Source: Sulfurimonadaceae bacterium (GTDB lineage Bacteria > Campylobacterota > Campylobacteria > Campylobacterales > Sulfurimonadaceae). From it: 64,000 nt of DNA. Below are positions 38,427-48,233 of the stretch, in pieces. Position 1 is the first letter of the stretch. Each line of letters begins with the position of its first letter. The position numbers were made by a program, and so were the translations under genes. The stretch covers positions 64,001-128,000 of the forward strand of contig JBFFUI010000001.1 of NCBI GenBank assembly GCA_041571435.1, read 5' to 3'. The notes beneath the pieces are model-generated. The model was not told the DNA's origin. It was given only the letters and a program-made list of their open reading frames with translations, and searched no databases.

Positions 38427-39634
38427 GTATTATCCTTTTTAACATACTCGGAAAACTTTTCGGAAAATTCCGGCAGTACCGAACGGACGGTGATCCATGG
38501 CGAAAGCGCGGGGACGCCCATCGGATCCTGATAGAACTCCTCTGCCGCCTCTTTGATGGCACATTCAAATGCCTCAACCGCATTGATCTCTTTTTCCCGG
38601 TTATATTTGAGTGCGTTGAGTTTGCTTAAGGCGTTGTATTTGGAGATCTCGAAACGCGACTCCTGAAAATAGGTGGCCAAAAGCGTTTTAAACGAGGCCT
38701 CAGAGAAGATAATACCCTCTTGCGCCAGGACGCGAAAGAGGGTCTTGGCAATATCATTTGCCATTTTATAGACACCGTCGCAGGAGTCCTGACTGCCGAG
38801 CTCCTGATGTTTGTGCTCGTAACTCTCCATAATCTCTGTCTGGCAGATACGTCTGTTGGAGGTGTTTTTATAGACTTCACTGAGTGTCGAGACCTCCAGT
38901 CCCCATGTTGGCGAGATACCGATACCCCGTCCCAGCGAACGGATAAAGGCGAACTCTCCCGAAAGCGAGTAACGGAAGCTCTCCATGTAATCGAGGTACC
39001 GGTTGCTGCCGAACACTTTGACCAGCGAGTGCACAAGAGGCGAATAGAAGAGGCGTGTCACGCGTCCGTGAAGTTTGTCGGTGACACGGGAGTAAAAACC
39101 TTTATTGAACTCAAAGTCCAAGGCCGGGTGGACAATAGGGAAAAAGAGTCTTGCAGGAACCTCGCGGGTGTAGTTGACAATATCACAGTCATGCAGTGCA
39201 AACGCATACGCATCGACATCGGTCAGACCATACCCCAGCATAGTCCAGACGTTACGCCCCTTACCCGGTGTGTCAAGACCAGGAAACCCTTCACTGGTCA
39301 GTTGGGCATAGAGCTCTTGTATTCGCGGTCCGTCGTTCCACAGGACATCGACCTCACAAGGCAGGACCGACATCAGCTCTTTGACCTCTTCAAACTGCTC
39401 TTTCGTCGCACGATCAAGTCCAAGAATGATCTTGTAGAGGTAGGTCACCCCTTTAAGCTCTTCGATGATCCTGTACATAGCCGGGGTCTCAAACTCTGAG
39501 TAAAGGGCCGGAAGAAGAAGGACCATCCGCCGGCGTTTACCGTACTCTTTCAGCTCTAATTCCATCTCTTCGAGTGATCTGTCACCCAGTTTCTGCAATG
39601 TCGTAATGACACCGTTTTGAAAAAAGTCAGCCAT
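38423..39634 (-). CDS. gpgS: Glucosyl-3-phosphoglycerate synthase-like glycosyltransferase
   Basis: MADFFQNG..TTL, LLPALYSE, GKGRNVW, HDCDI, GRVTRL, SGEF, WGLE, YEHKHQ. Confidence 0.85.
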   Translation of the reverse strand: MADFFQNGVITTLQKLGDRSLEEMELELKEYGKRRRMVLLLPALYSEFETPAMYRIIEELKGVTYLYKIILGLDRATKEQFEEVKELMSVLPCEVDVLWNDGPRIQELYAQLTSEGFPGLDTPGKGRNVWTMLGYGLTDVDAYAFALHDCDIVNYTREVPARLFFPIVHPALDFEFNKGFYSRVTDKLHGRVTRLFYSPLVHSLVKVFGSNRYLDYMESFRYSLSGEFAFIRSLGRGIGISPTWGLEVSTLSEVYKNTSNRRICQTEIMESYEHKHQELGSQDSCDGVYKMANDIAKTLFRVLAQEGIIFSEASFKTLLATYFQESRFEISKYNALSKLNALKYNREKEINAVEAFECAIKEAAEEFYQDPMGVPALSPWITVRSVLPEFSEKFSEYVKKDNT

Positions 39635-40946
39635 TAAGTTCTCCTTGTTTTATATTTGGCTCGACCACCATCATGACGATATCGAGCAGGTTGTTGTGGG
39701 TCGGACCCGGCATGAGCAGTTCGCCTGTCTTGGCGAAAAAAGCGTTGGAGTCAAAGGTCTCAAGATAGTATATCGGATCGATTCCAAACGCTTTCGCATT
39801 GATACGGCTGTTCGTGTCTATAAGTGCCCCCGCCGCATCCGAGTTGCCATCAACACCATCAGTTGCAGCACTCAAAAAGGAGATCTCCGTCTTGCCGCTA
39901 AGTGCCAGCATCACACAGAGTGCCAGATGCTGGTTCCGGCCGCCCCGACCGTCACCTCTTACATTGACAGTCGCCTCACCGCCGAGAATAAAGCAGTGTC
40001 TCTCCCCCTCATAGCTCTCGGCCAGCTCAACCAGCGACGCCGCAAGTTCGTTGGCATCACCTTGAAGCGGTTTTGATACAAGTGTCGTTGCAAGCCCGGC
40101 CGTTTCCAGCAATTCTCTGGCCCTGTTGATAACAATAGTGTTCGAACCGAGGATGAAGTGACGGATACCCTTCTTCTCCGATTTCGGCGTCTCGGGATGT
40201 TTTCCCTCTGCACCTTCGCGTAAAAAGTGCTGTACACCCTGTGGCAGACTGTCGAACAGTGCAAACGACTGAAGTGACTTGATGGCATCTGCAAAGGTCG
40301 TCGTATCAAAATAGAGCGGTGCAGAACCGATGGCGTGGAGATCATCGCCCAGTACATCCGAAAGAACAAGGACAATCCCTTTGGCTTGCGTACACGCAGC
40401 CAGCTTCCCGCCTTTGACACGCGAGAGATGCTTGCGAACGCAGTTTATCGCTTCGATAGGCATACCACCTTTGAGCATTATCGATGTCGTTGCCTGAAAC
40501 TCTTCCAAAGTGATCGATGCCTCCGGAAGTTCGACCAGAGCAGAATTCCCGCCCGACAGAAGATAGATAAAAAAGTCATCTTCACCCAGACTTTCCAACT
40601 TTTTCCTCAAAGCATTAGCCGCTTTTACGCTGTTTGTCGTTGGAAGCGGATGGGTGCTTTTAATGTAGTGTGTTCCGTCAGGGAGAGCACTCTTCTCATA
40701 GGCCCCTACGATCAAGGTATCAGCGATCTTGTCGCCCAGCAGGCCCTGTACCGCTTCGGTCATCGGCAAAACTGCTTTACCCGAACCGAGAAGGTGTATC
40801 TTTTTATACGGCTTTAATGCAATAGCCGTATCGTTTACCGTCAAGGTCTCATCCTCATAGCAGCACTGCTCTGCAATAAGATTTTGCGGTTTGATCTCTT
40901 CGATCAGTCTGTTAAAGGTGTTGAACAGCAGCTTTTTAGTGGACAT
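39627..40946 (-). CDS. Glycerate kinase type 2 (MOFRL family)
   Basis: GSGKA, HPLP, SGGNSAL, RKHLSRVKGG, SDVLGD, GGRNQ, TDGVDG; start ATG 40946. Confidence 0.9.
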   Translation of the reverse strand: MSTKKLLFNTFNRLIEEIKPQNLIAEQCCYEDETLTVNDTAIALKPYKKIHLLGSGKAVLPMTEAVQGLLGDKIADTLIVGAYEKSALPDGTHYIKSTHPLPTTNSVKAANALRKKLESLGEDDFFIYLLSGGNSALVELPEASITLEEFQATTSIMLKGGMPIEAINCVRKHLSRVKGGKLAACTQAKGIVLVLSDVLGDDLHAIGSAPLYFDTTTFADAIKSLQSFALFDSLPQGVQHFLREGAEGKHPETPKSEKKGIRHFILGSNTIVINRARELLETAGLATTLVSKPLQGDANELAASLVELAESYEGERHCFILGGEATVNVRGDGRGGRNQHLALCVMLALSGKTEISFLSAATDGVDGNSDAAGALIDTNSRINAKAFGIDPIYYLETFDSNAFFAKTGELLMPGPTHNNLLDIVMMVVEPNIKQGELNG

Positions 40947-41709
40947 TAAAATACTCCTTAAGCGCTTCATTCCACCCTTTTGGACCGGGGAAAGGGGCTT
41001 TCACAAGGGACGCAATATCGCAAGTGATATAACTGCCGTCAGGATGCGGTATAAGGATCGGGGTGTCAATACTTTGCAGCATTGTCAGATCGTTTTCGCT
41101 GTCGCCCAGAGCAATGCTTTTGTAAACTGTCCCGCTCGCTTTTTCATAACGCTCAATCAGTTTCTTAATGGCAGATGCCTTGTCTTGCCCTTTGGTGATA
41201 AGGTGATAAAAACGTCCCCCTTTCACAATGTCAAAACCGTCTTCTTCTGCCAACGCTTTTAATGGCTCAAGATCACCGTCGTATTCAAGGACAAAGGGCT
41301 CGCTGAAGGTACGGTCTTTGGCTTTGGCAGCCGCATCATATGCAAGGCCTGTCCGCTGAGCTATCTCTTCGACAGACATGTCAAAAAAACCCCGCATCGG
41401 TACGGTTTCGGCATACTTGTCAAAAAAACGACGTGTTTCCGCATAAAGCGTACCAAGCGCGATCATCGTGTAGCTCCCCTTTTCAGGAATAAAGATACCT
41501 GCCCCGTTTTCGATGATAAAAGGGTCACTGATGCCCAAGGCACTCTGAAGCTCTATCACCTCGCCTTTAGTCTTGCTGGTCACGATGATCAAAGGGATGT
41601 TATTCTTTTTGATGTATTCAATCATCGGAAGTGCCGGTGCATAACTGTAGCTTCCATGGTCAAGCAGCGTACCGTCAAGGTCGGTAAATATCAAGGTGTC
41701 TGATAACAT
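40936..41709 (-). CDS. HAD IIB glucosyl/mannosyl-3-phosphoglycerate phosphatase
   Basis: DLDGTLL, TSKT, ENG, GGRFYH, DKA, GDSEND, PGPKGW. Confidence 0.88.
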   Translation of the reverse strand: MLSDTLIFTDLDGTLLDHGSYSYAPALPMIEYIKKNNIPLIIVTSKTKGEVIELQSALGISDPFIIENGAGIFIPEKGSYTMIALGTLYAETRRFFDKYAETVPMRGFFDMSVEEIAQRTGLAYDAAAKAKDRTFSEPFVLEYDGDLEPLKALAEEDGFDIVKGGRFYHLITKGQDKASAIKKLIERYEKASGTVYKSIALGDSENDLTMLQSIDTPILIPHPDGSYITCDIASLVKAPFPGPKGWNEALKEYFNVH

Positions 41710-41966
41710 AATGGTACAGTATAACTTATAATGCTTATTTATATTTCACAAGGCTGTATATAATTTAAACATCTACTGTTTATTTAAGACATCACACCTG
41801 TCTTCCCGTGCCTGCAGACTATAGTAGACATGCATATCGATAGGGTTACAGACGTATCTCAGGAGCGAAACATTTTGCTGCTTTATAGTTGCGTTGGAAG
41901 TACGCACTAAAGGCGTGTGTCACGAGCCGTTCTGGTCATTTTTGGTACGAAAACGGGTGCTCTTTT

Positions 41967-44459
41967 TTACCGGTTAGGTCCAAACGGTTTGACCAGCAAG
42001 ATCAGCTTCGGCAGCAACATCAGGTCAGCGATGATCGCCATGAACATCGTCAACACTGTCAACAGTCCGAAATAGATGGTCGGAATAAAGACCGAGATCA
42101 CCAGGATCAAAAACCCTATCATGATGGCAACAGAGGTGTAGGTCATTGCATAGCCGATACTCTCATGCGAACGGTGCATTGCCGCGAGATAGTCCCTGTC
42201 TTTGGCAAACTCGATCTTATAACGGTAGATATAGTGGATCGTATCATCGACCGCTATACCAACACTGATCGCTGCAATAGTGATGGTCATCATATCCAGC
42301 GGTATACCGCTCCAGCCCATAAAACCAAAGATCACCCCGATCGGTATGAGGTTGGCAATCATAGCGATAACAGCGACTGTAAATGATCTGAAGAGCATGA
42401 AAAACATCGCACTCAACAGCAAGACCATAATACCGAGCGTCAATATCTGGGAACTGTAGAGGCTCTGGAGCATGTTGTTGTATAAGACCATGATGTTGGA
42501 TAGGTGGACATTTTGCTCTTCTATGCCTAACTTTGTGACAAGGTCACTTTTGATCCTTTTGAGCAGTTCATCGCGCCTCAGATCTTCGTTTGAGTCGATG
42601 ATACGCAGTGCAAACCGAGTCTGGTTGTTCTCAATACTGATATAGGGGTCTAAAACGATACTGCGGAAGTTGTCTGGGAGTTCGTTGTAGAGCAGTGCCA
42701 GCTGAAAGTTGTCCAGATCCTTCCCATCGTTGAGCGTGCGGCCGAGTTCAAGCATCGTCCCCAGAGAGAGCACTTTGCCGACTTCTGGAATATTCTCAAG
42801 ATAGGCGTGGACCTTCCGGACAACATCCATCTTGTCGGGCGAAAACCAGTATTGTGCCTCGTTCTCGGAAGCAGCAAACTCCTCCTCGAAATCATCGAAC
42901 TCGGAGAAAGCATCATCGGCAGCCGGCGCACTCTTTTTCTCCACTTTGGCCGCCTCCGGAGGGAAATCGATGAGAATATCTAGCGGGGTCGTTCCGCCGA
43001 GCTTCTGATCGATGACCGCCATCCCCTGATAGATCTCGGTAGAGGGTTTGAAGTAGTTGATAAAACTGTTTTCCACCATCAGCTTTGACGCACCCGAAAG
43101 ACTGAACACAATAACGGCTAGACTGATGGCAATAATCGATTTTCCGTAGCGCTCTGTAACGGTCGCAAAAACTCTTGTCGGCGAGAGTGTGGATTCAAAA
43201 TATGATACCGGTCTGCATTTTGGCATCAATATCATAATGGAGGGGAAGATTAGATAGGTCAACAACAGGGAGACCGCGATACCGACACTCATCATCAGAC
43301 CGAGATTGATCACCGGCAGGATATTTGAAAAGATCAAAGAGGCAAAGCCCGCAATGGTGGTGATAACGGCAAAAAAGGTCGGCTTTGCCATGGAGGTAAC
43401 GGTATCAAGGACCAGCTTATGCTGCGTCGATGCTTCATCCACACGTGCCAGCTCTCTGTATCGTACAATAAGGTGGATCACGATGGACATTGTAATAATC
43501 AGCTGCAGGGAGACAAAGTTGGAGGAGATCACCGTCACCTCCCAGCCGAACAGTCCGAGCAGTCCCACACTGGAGATGATAGAGACCGTGACGATCAATA
43601 CCGGGATCATGACCCAATGCAGCTCTCTGAACACCACCCAGAGCACCAGGATCAGAAGAAACAGTACAACAATACCGTACGTTTGGAGATCCTTTTTGAC
43701 ATAGGTGATCATATCATCGGAGATCATACTTGTTCCACCCAAAAAGAGGGTGGCATGGTTGCGGTAGCCTTCCATCACGTCGCGAATGTCCTGAATGTTT
43801 TTATGCTCGGTCATACGGAGCATGTCTCTGTGGAGTTTAAATGTTTTTACGACACTCTTCAGCTCTTCTCGCTCGGCAGCACTGATCGTCTTGTCGCGCT
43901 CTTTCTGGCGCAGAATATCTCTCTTTTTGAGCAGGTCATAATAGAGTTCATCCATATTGAGATTGATCATCAGCGCAGTCGTTTTAAAGTCATCGCTGAC
44001 CAGATTGTGCTGGTAGATCGGACTGTTGAGCAGCTCATATTTTGCCATGGTGAGATTGATGTCCGGTGATTCGAGCGTCGGAATCTTCTTAAGCATCTCT
44101 TTGAGCGGTTTGGCCGGACTCTGCATTAACGGCACGTTCAGAATAGAGGTAACCGACGCTACAGTCGGCAGACTGGTCAACGCGTCACTCAGTCGTCTGA
44201 TCTCTTGACGTGATCTGGCCGAAAGAAGATCATCTTTTGGGGTATACGCGATGACTAGAAAGTCCAGTGTCTGGTAGCGTTGACTGATGAGTCGTGAATA
44301 CCTGAGGTCCTTGTCGTGTTCCAGCAGCAGCGTCTCTGCCGATGCATCGACCTCCATCTTGAAGGCCTGCGTACCGAGAAAGCCCACCACTAAAAAAACA
44401 AGAAGCAGTATACTTTTTGGGTATTTTAGGATCAGCCCCCTGTACAATCCTCTTAACAT
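41967..44459 (-). CDS. MMPL/RND-superfamily lipid transporter
   Basis: Duplicated TM/periplasmic architecture; TTIAGFASL, GGTTPL, GIAVDDTIH. Confidence 0.88.
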   Translation of the reverse strand: MLRGLYRGLILKYPKSILLLVFLVVGFLGTQAFKMEVDASAETLLLEHDKDLRYSRLISQRYQTLDFLVIAYTPKDDLLSARSRQEIRRLSDALTSLPTVASVTSILNVPLMQSPAKPLKEMLKKIPTLESPDINLTMAKYELLNSPIYQHNLVSDDFKTTALMINLNMDELYYDLLKKRDILRQKERDKTISAAEREELKSVVKTFKLHRDMLRMTEHKNIQDIRDVMEGYRNHATLFLGGTSMISDDMITYVKKDLQTYGIVVLFLLILVLWVVFRELHWVMIPVLIVTVSIISSVGLLGLFGWEVTVISSNFVSLQLIITMSIVIHLIVRYRELARVDEASTQHKLVLDTVTSMAKPTFFAVITTIAGFASLIFSNILPVINLGLMMSVGIAVSLLLTYLIFPSIMILMPKCRPVSYFESTLSPTRVFATVTERYGKSIIAISLAVIVFSLSGASKLMVENSFINYFKPSTEIYQGMAVIDQKLGGTTPLDILIDFPPEAAKVEKKSAPAADDAFSEFDDFEEEFAASENEAQYWFSPDKMDVVRKVHAYLENIPEVGKVLSLGTMLELGRTLNDGKDLDNFQLALLYNELPDNFRSIVLDPYISIENNQTRFALRIIDSNEDLRRDELLKRIKSDLVTKLGIEEQNVHLSNIMVLYNNMLQSLYSSQILTLGIMVLLLSAMFFMLFRSFTVAVIAMIANLIPIGVIFGFMGWSGIPLDMMTITIAAISVGIAVDDTIHYIYRYKIEFAKDRDYLAAMHRSHESIGYAMTYTSVAIMIGFLILVISVFIPTIYFGLLTVLTMFMAIIADLMLLPKLILLVKPFGPNR

Positions 44460-44487
44460 CGCAAGACCTGAAAACGTACCATCATCC

Positions 44488-45081
44488 TCATGACTCTGAT
44501 GTCTTCAACTTCTCGATCAATGTCGCAAATGTACCCTCTTTCAAGATCCCTGCAAACTGGGAACGGTAGGTCTGCACAATACTCACCCCCAGTATATCGA
44601 CATCATAGATCAGCCACGTCCCGTTTTTTGACTTGTAGAACTTGTAGAGGATATCTCTTTTCTCATTCTTGCTTATAAGATGAGTCGGCAGATGGATCCT
44701 CGTTTTGACATTAATCGCATCATCGATGATCACAACCTCATCGGTATAAAGGTCAAGTTTGCTCCGATAGGACTGTTTGACACGCTCTTCGAAAAGCACA
44801 CTGAAGTTCTTTCGCTCCTGCGGCGTGATCTTTCCCCACTGCTCTTTGCCAAGACTCAGACGCGCCATCAACCCGAAATCGAAGAGTGGTGTGACCAGTG
44901 TCTCGATCTTGTCGTTGCGTACCGTTCTATCCATGTTCTTGTCCTGGATCAGGCTTGTGACCTCACCGATCACTTTTTTCATCATCACCTGGATATCTCT
45001 CTTGTCATCTGCCGCAAGCGATTGCGAAAAGCCCAGAAAAGCCAGCAGTGTCACAATGGTAAAAAAACGGTTCATTCGCAC
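44488..45081 (-). CDS. mlaC: MlaC/Ttg2D phospholipid-binding protein
   Basis: FDF.LMARLSLG, W.IYDVDILGVSIVQTYRSQF. Confidence 0.88.
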   Translation of the reverse strand: MRMNRFFTIVTLLAFLGFSQSLAADDKRDIQVMMKKVIGEVTSLIQDKNMDRTVRNDKIETLVTPLFDFGLMARLSLGKEQWGKITPQERKNFSVLFEERVKQSYRSKLDLYTDEVVIIDDAINVKTRIHLPTHLISKNEKRDILYKFYKSKNGTWLIYDVDILGVSIVQTYRSQFAGILKEGTFATLIEKLKTSES

Positions 45082-45083
45082 GA

Positions 45084-45962
45084 TTATTCCTCAATCTGTT
45101 TTTGTCGGTTCTGTTCATACAGGTCACGCATAAAAGGGTAGAGCTCCAGTGCGTCCTGACGTATGTTTTCATACTCTTTCGTATGGATAGACATGTCGTT
45201 GAACTGTTTGTAGCTGATGGTCATCCAGCCCTGATAGTTGTTGTTAACAAGGTTATACTTACGGGCATCTACATAATAGATCGGATTGACATAAAAATCA
45301 ATAAAATCCCCGCTCAGGTCACGCAGGTTTGTCGGCCCGAAAAACGGCAGCACAATGTGAAAACCGCCGCCGACGCCATAATAACCAAGCGTCTGCCCGA
45401 AATCCTCTTGATGCGGTTCAAGTCCGAACCAACTTCGTGCCGGGTCAAACAGCCCAAGGACACCCACGGTCGAATTGATCACAAAACGAAGCGTCTCCGT
45501 CCCCGTATATTTCAACTTCAACTGCAAAATGTTGTTGACAGCACTCACCGGAAAATAGAGGTTTTCAAAAAAGTTGTTGACAGAGACCCGTGCCGGTTCT
45601 GGAATCAGGTTATAGCCTCTGAAAAGTACCGGGTCAAGCACATAGACATAAAGGCCGTCATTAAAACTGGTCATGACGCGGTTGTAGCCACTCAAGGGGT
45701 CAAAAAGCTCCTCGACCGGGTCTGCCGAGAACTCCTCGCTAAACCCCTCCTCATCAAAAGCCTCATCCGCAAAATCATCCCCGTAACTGTCACTCAATGA
45801 GGTGTTATTCTCTACGCTATACGACTCGACTGTCCCAGGTGTGATCGGGTCAGTCGTTGTTGCAGCCTGTACAGATATAAACATCCCAGCAAGTAAAATA
45901 GTCAGTAGAAAAAAATGCACCTTGGCACTACCCTTATTAACATTATCACAGTTTACCCTCAT
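45084..45962 (-). CDS. mlaA: MlaA/VacJ family protein (start uncertain)
   Basis: DPLSGYNR, NNFFEN, RFVINST.G..GLFD, EDFGQTLG, LPFFGP.NLRD. Confidence 0.9.
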   Translation of the reverse strand: MRVNCDNVNKGSAKVHFFLLTILLAGMFISVQAATTTDPITPGTVESYSVENNTSLSDSYGDDFADEAFDEEGFSEEFSADPVEELFDPLSGYNRVMTSFNDGLYVYVLDPVLFRGYNLIPEPARVSVNNFFENLYFPVSAVNNILQLKLKYTGTETLRFVINSTVGVLGLFDPARSWFGLEPHQEDFGQTLGYYGVGGGFHIVLPFFGPTNLRDLSGDFIDFYVNPIYYVDARKYNLVNNNYQGWMTISYKQFNDMSIHTKEYENIRQDALELYPFMRDLYEQNRQKQIEE

Positions 45963-45995
45963 TATAGAAACAAACCATTAGCGCAATGTTAAGAG

Positions 45996-46403
45996 CTACT
46001 TCGTCTCTTCTTTATAATCAGCGTAAGTATCTCTGAGCAGTTTTAAAAACCTGTCGGCGTTTCGGCCACCCGCTACCGACTCAAGCATTTCAGAATTTTG
46101 TGAATTCAAAAAGTGAAAAACCGGTGACATCTCCACCCGCAGCGCTTTAGGAAGTCCCTTGTCATTGGAGTATAGTTTTACGACAATATAGTGTTCGGCC
46201 AAATAGTCGACCACCCTCTTGTCGGTCAAGACCTCTTCGTTCATATAACGGCATGGGTAGCAATTCAGCATATAGAGATAGATCATCAGAGGCTTGTCTT
46301 CGCTTTTTGCTTTCTGGAGTGCAATACTGTACTCTTCTTGCATGTCGATTGATTGACCATGCAGTGATGCAAATGCTAAAAGTAGTGCTAAAAAATATTT
46401 CAT
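45996..46403 (-). CDS. Exported thioredoxin-fold protein (SoxW-like)
   Basis: Signal peptide; CYPC; SP motif at the cis-Pro position. Confidence 0.75.
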   Translation of the reverse strand: MKYFLALLLAFASLHGQSIDMQEEYSIALQKAKSEDKPLMIYLYMLNCYPCRYMNEEVLTDKRVVDYLAEHYIVVKLYSNDKGLPKALRVEMSPVFHFLNSQNSEMLESVAGGRNADRFLKLLRDTYADYKEETK

Positions 46404-46547
46404 CTCATCTCATATGCCGTTTTGTATCTCAACAAGTATAGCACACGGCATATTACAGCATGACCGTCTGAAATCTGTAAGAGCAGTTGAAGGCATGCCA
46501 TCACACCGGTAATTTGCTATACTTTTATAACTTATACAAGGGTGCCT

Positions 46548-47810
46548 ATGGTTTTAGCATTTTCACTTTTTTTGGTAACGCTCGTCTTTGTGATCTGGCA
46601 ACCTCGCGGTTTGCAGATCGGAACAACCGCCGTTATCGGTGCGCTTGTCGCCTTGGCAATCGGTGTGGTCAGTTTTAACGATGTCCTTACCGTTACATCC
46701 ATCGTCTGGGATGCGACTCTGGCATTCATCGGTATCATCCTTCTCTCTATGGTACTGGATGAGATCGGCTTTTTTGAGTGGGCCGCCCTCAAGATGGCCC
46801 ATTTCAGCAAAGGCAACGGCTATCTTATGTTCATCTACATCCTGCTGCTCGGTGCTCTTGTCGCCGCTTTTTTTGCCAATGACGGTGCCGCTCTTATATT
46901 AACCCCTATCCTGCTGGCCAAGATGAAACATCTCAAGATGAACCCTGTCGCGGTCTTCGCTTTTCTGATGGCGGGCGGATTCATCGGTGACTCGGCCTCC
47001 AACCCCTTGGTCATCTCCAACCTCACCAACATCGTCACGGCCGGCTATTTCAACATCGGTTTCTGGGAGTATGCCAAGACGATGTTTCTGCCGAACGTGC
47101 TGAGCATTATCGCTTCCGTCATCGTGCTCTTTATCTATTTCCGTAAAGAGATTCCAAAAAATATCGATGTGTCGGAGCTGGCCTCTCCTGCATCGGTCAT
47201 CAAGAATCAAACTATGTTCAATCTAAGCTGGTATTTTCTGGTGCTGCTGATGGTCGGCTACTTTATCGGTGACTACTTCAACCTTCCGGTCTCCCTTTTT
47301 GCACTCGGAGGCGCCCTCCTCTTTCTGGCCATAGCCGACCACTATAAGGCAACCAAACCCATCATGACCATCAAGGCAGCCCCGTGGCAGGTGGTCTGGT
47401 TCAGTATCGGCCTCTATGTCGTTGTCTACGGCCTCAAAAATGCCGGTCTGACCGACATCGTCGCTTCTTGGATAACTGCACTTAACACGCAGGGCAGTGC
47501 CGTTGCCGTTATCGGAACAGGGTTTTTGGCGGCAGGACTCAGCTCTGTCATGAACAACATGCCGACCATCATGATCATGGACATCGCCATCGACCAGGTG
47601 GGTTATGTCGGCAATGAAGCACTCGTCTATGCCAATATACTTGGGTCCAACCTCGGCCCGAAAATGACCCCGATCGGTTCGCTTGCAACCCTGCTATGGC
47701 TGCACGTACTGGCGCAAAAGGGTGTCAAGATCGGCTGGGGCGACTATATGAAGGTCGGCTTGGTCATCACACCGCCGGTGTTACTGATGGCGCTGATAGG
47801 ATTGATCTGA
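46548..47810 (+). CDS. arsB: Arsenite efflux pump
   Basis: VIWQPRGL, FANDGAALILTP, SNLTNI, NNMPT, GPKMTPIGSLATLLWLHVL; extended -10 TGCTATACT at 46515-46523. Confidence 0.93.
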   Translation: MVLAFSLFLVTLVFVIWQPRGLQIGTTAVIGALVALAIGVVSFNDVLTVTSIVWDATLAFIGIILLSMVLDEIGFFEWAALKMAHFSKGNGYLMFIYILLLGALVAAFFANDGAALILTPILLAKMKHLKMNPVAVFAFLMAGGFIGDSASNPLVISNLTNIVTAGYFNIGFWEYAKTMFLPNVLSIIASVIVLFIYFRKEIPKNIDVSELASPASVIKNQTMFNLSWYFLVLLMVGYFIGDYFNLPVSLFALGGALLFLAIADHYKATKPIMTIKAAPWQVVWFSIGLYVVVYGLKNAGLTDIVASWITALNTQGSAVAVIGTGFLAAGLSSVMNNMPTIMIMDIAIDQVGYVGNEALVYANILGSNLGPKMTPIGSLATLLWLHVLAQKGVKIGWGDYMKVGLVITPPVLLMALIGLI

Positions 47811-47815
47811 TCCTC

Positions 47816-48019
47816 TTATCTTTTAATCTGTATGTTCTCACCGTCACACTTTGCCACGAGACGGAACGATGCAGCCAGTTCATTTATGCGTATGACTTCT
47901 GAAATGTCTTCGGCATCAACCGACTTTGCGGTAAGGAGAATGGTATCGTTGACTATCTCACCAAGTTCATGATACAGGAGCTCTAATTGGGACAGTTCAT
48001 AATACAAACTTTTTATCAT
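47816..48019 (-). CDS. Small hypothetical protein
   Basis: 67-aa frame MIKSLYYELSQLE.. with AAGG RBS; convergent with arsB. Confidence 0.45.
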   Translation of the reverse strand: MIKSLYYELSQLELLYHELGEIVNDTILLTAKSVDAEDISEVIRINELAASFRLVAKCDGENIQIKR

Positions 48020-48233
48020 AAAAAATAACCTTTTTTGATTTACATACATTCTAACCAATTATAAAACGTAAAAAATGAATATTCCGATATGTTTGAAAAA
48101 AGTATGTTTGAGCGGTATATTTGTAACATCACTGTAGGATCAAGAGATAAAAGAGTGTGGCAAGAGGACCGTACAGACTAAAAGGCACGGTCTCCCAAGC
48201 ACGTCAGGAAAGAGAGGGTTTCGCTATAAAGCG

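Noticed and set aside
29248-41960. tRNA-Val-anchored integrative island carrying the sugar cluster
   Set aside because: No integrase and no duplicated tRNA 3' end found at the far boundary; composition looks host-like
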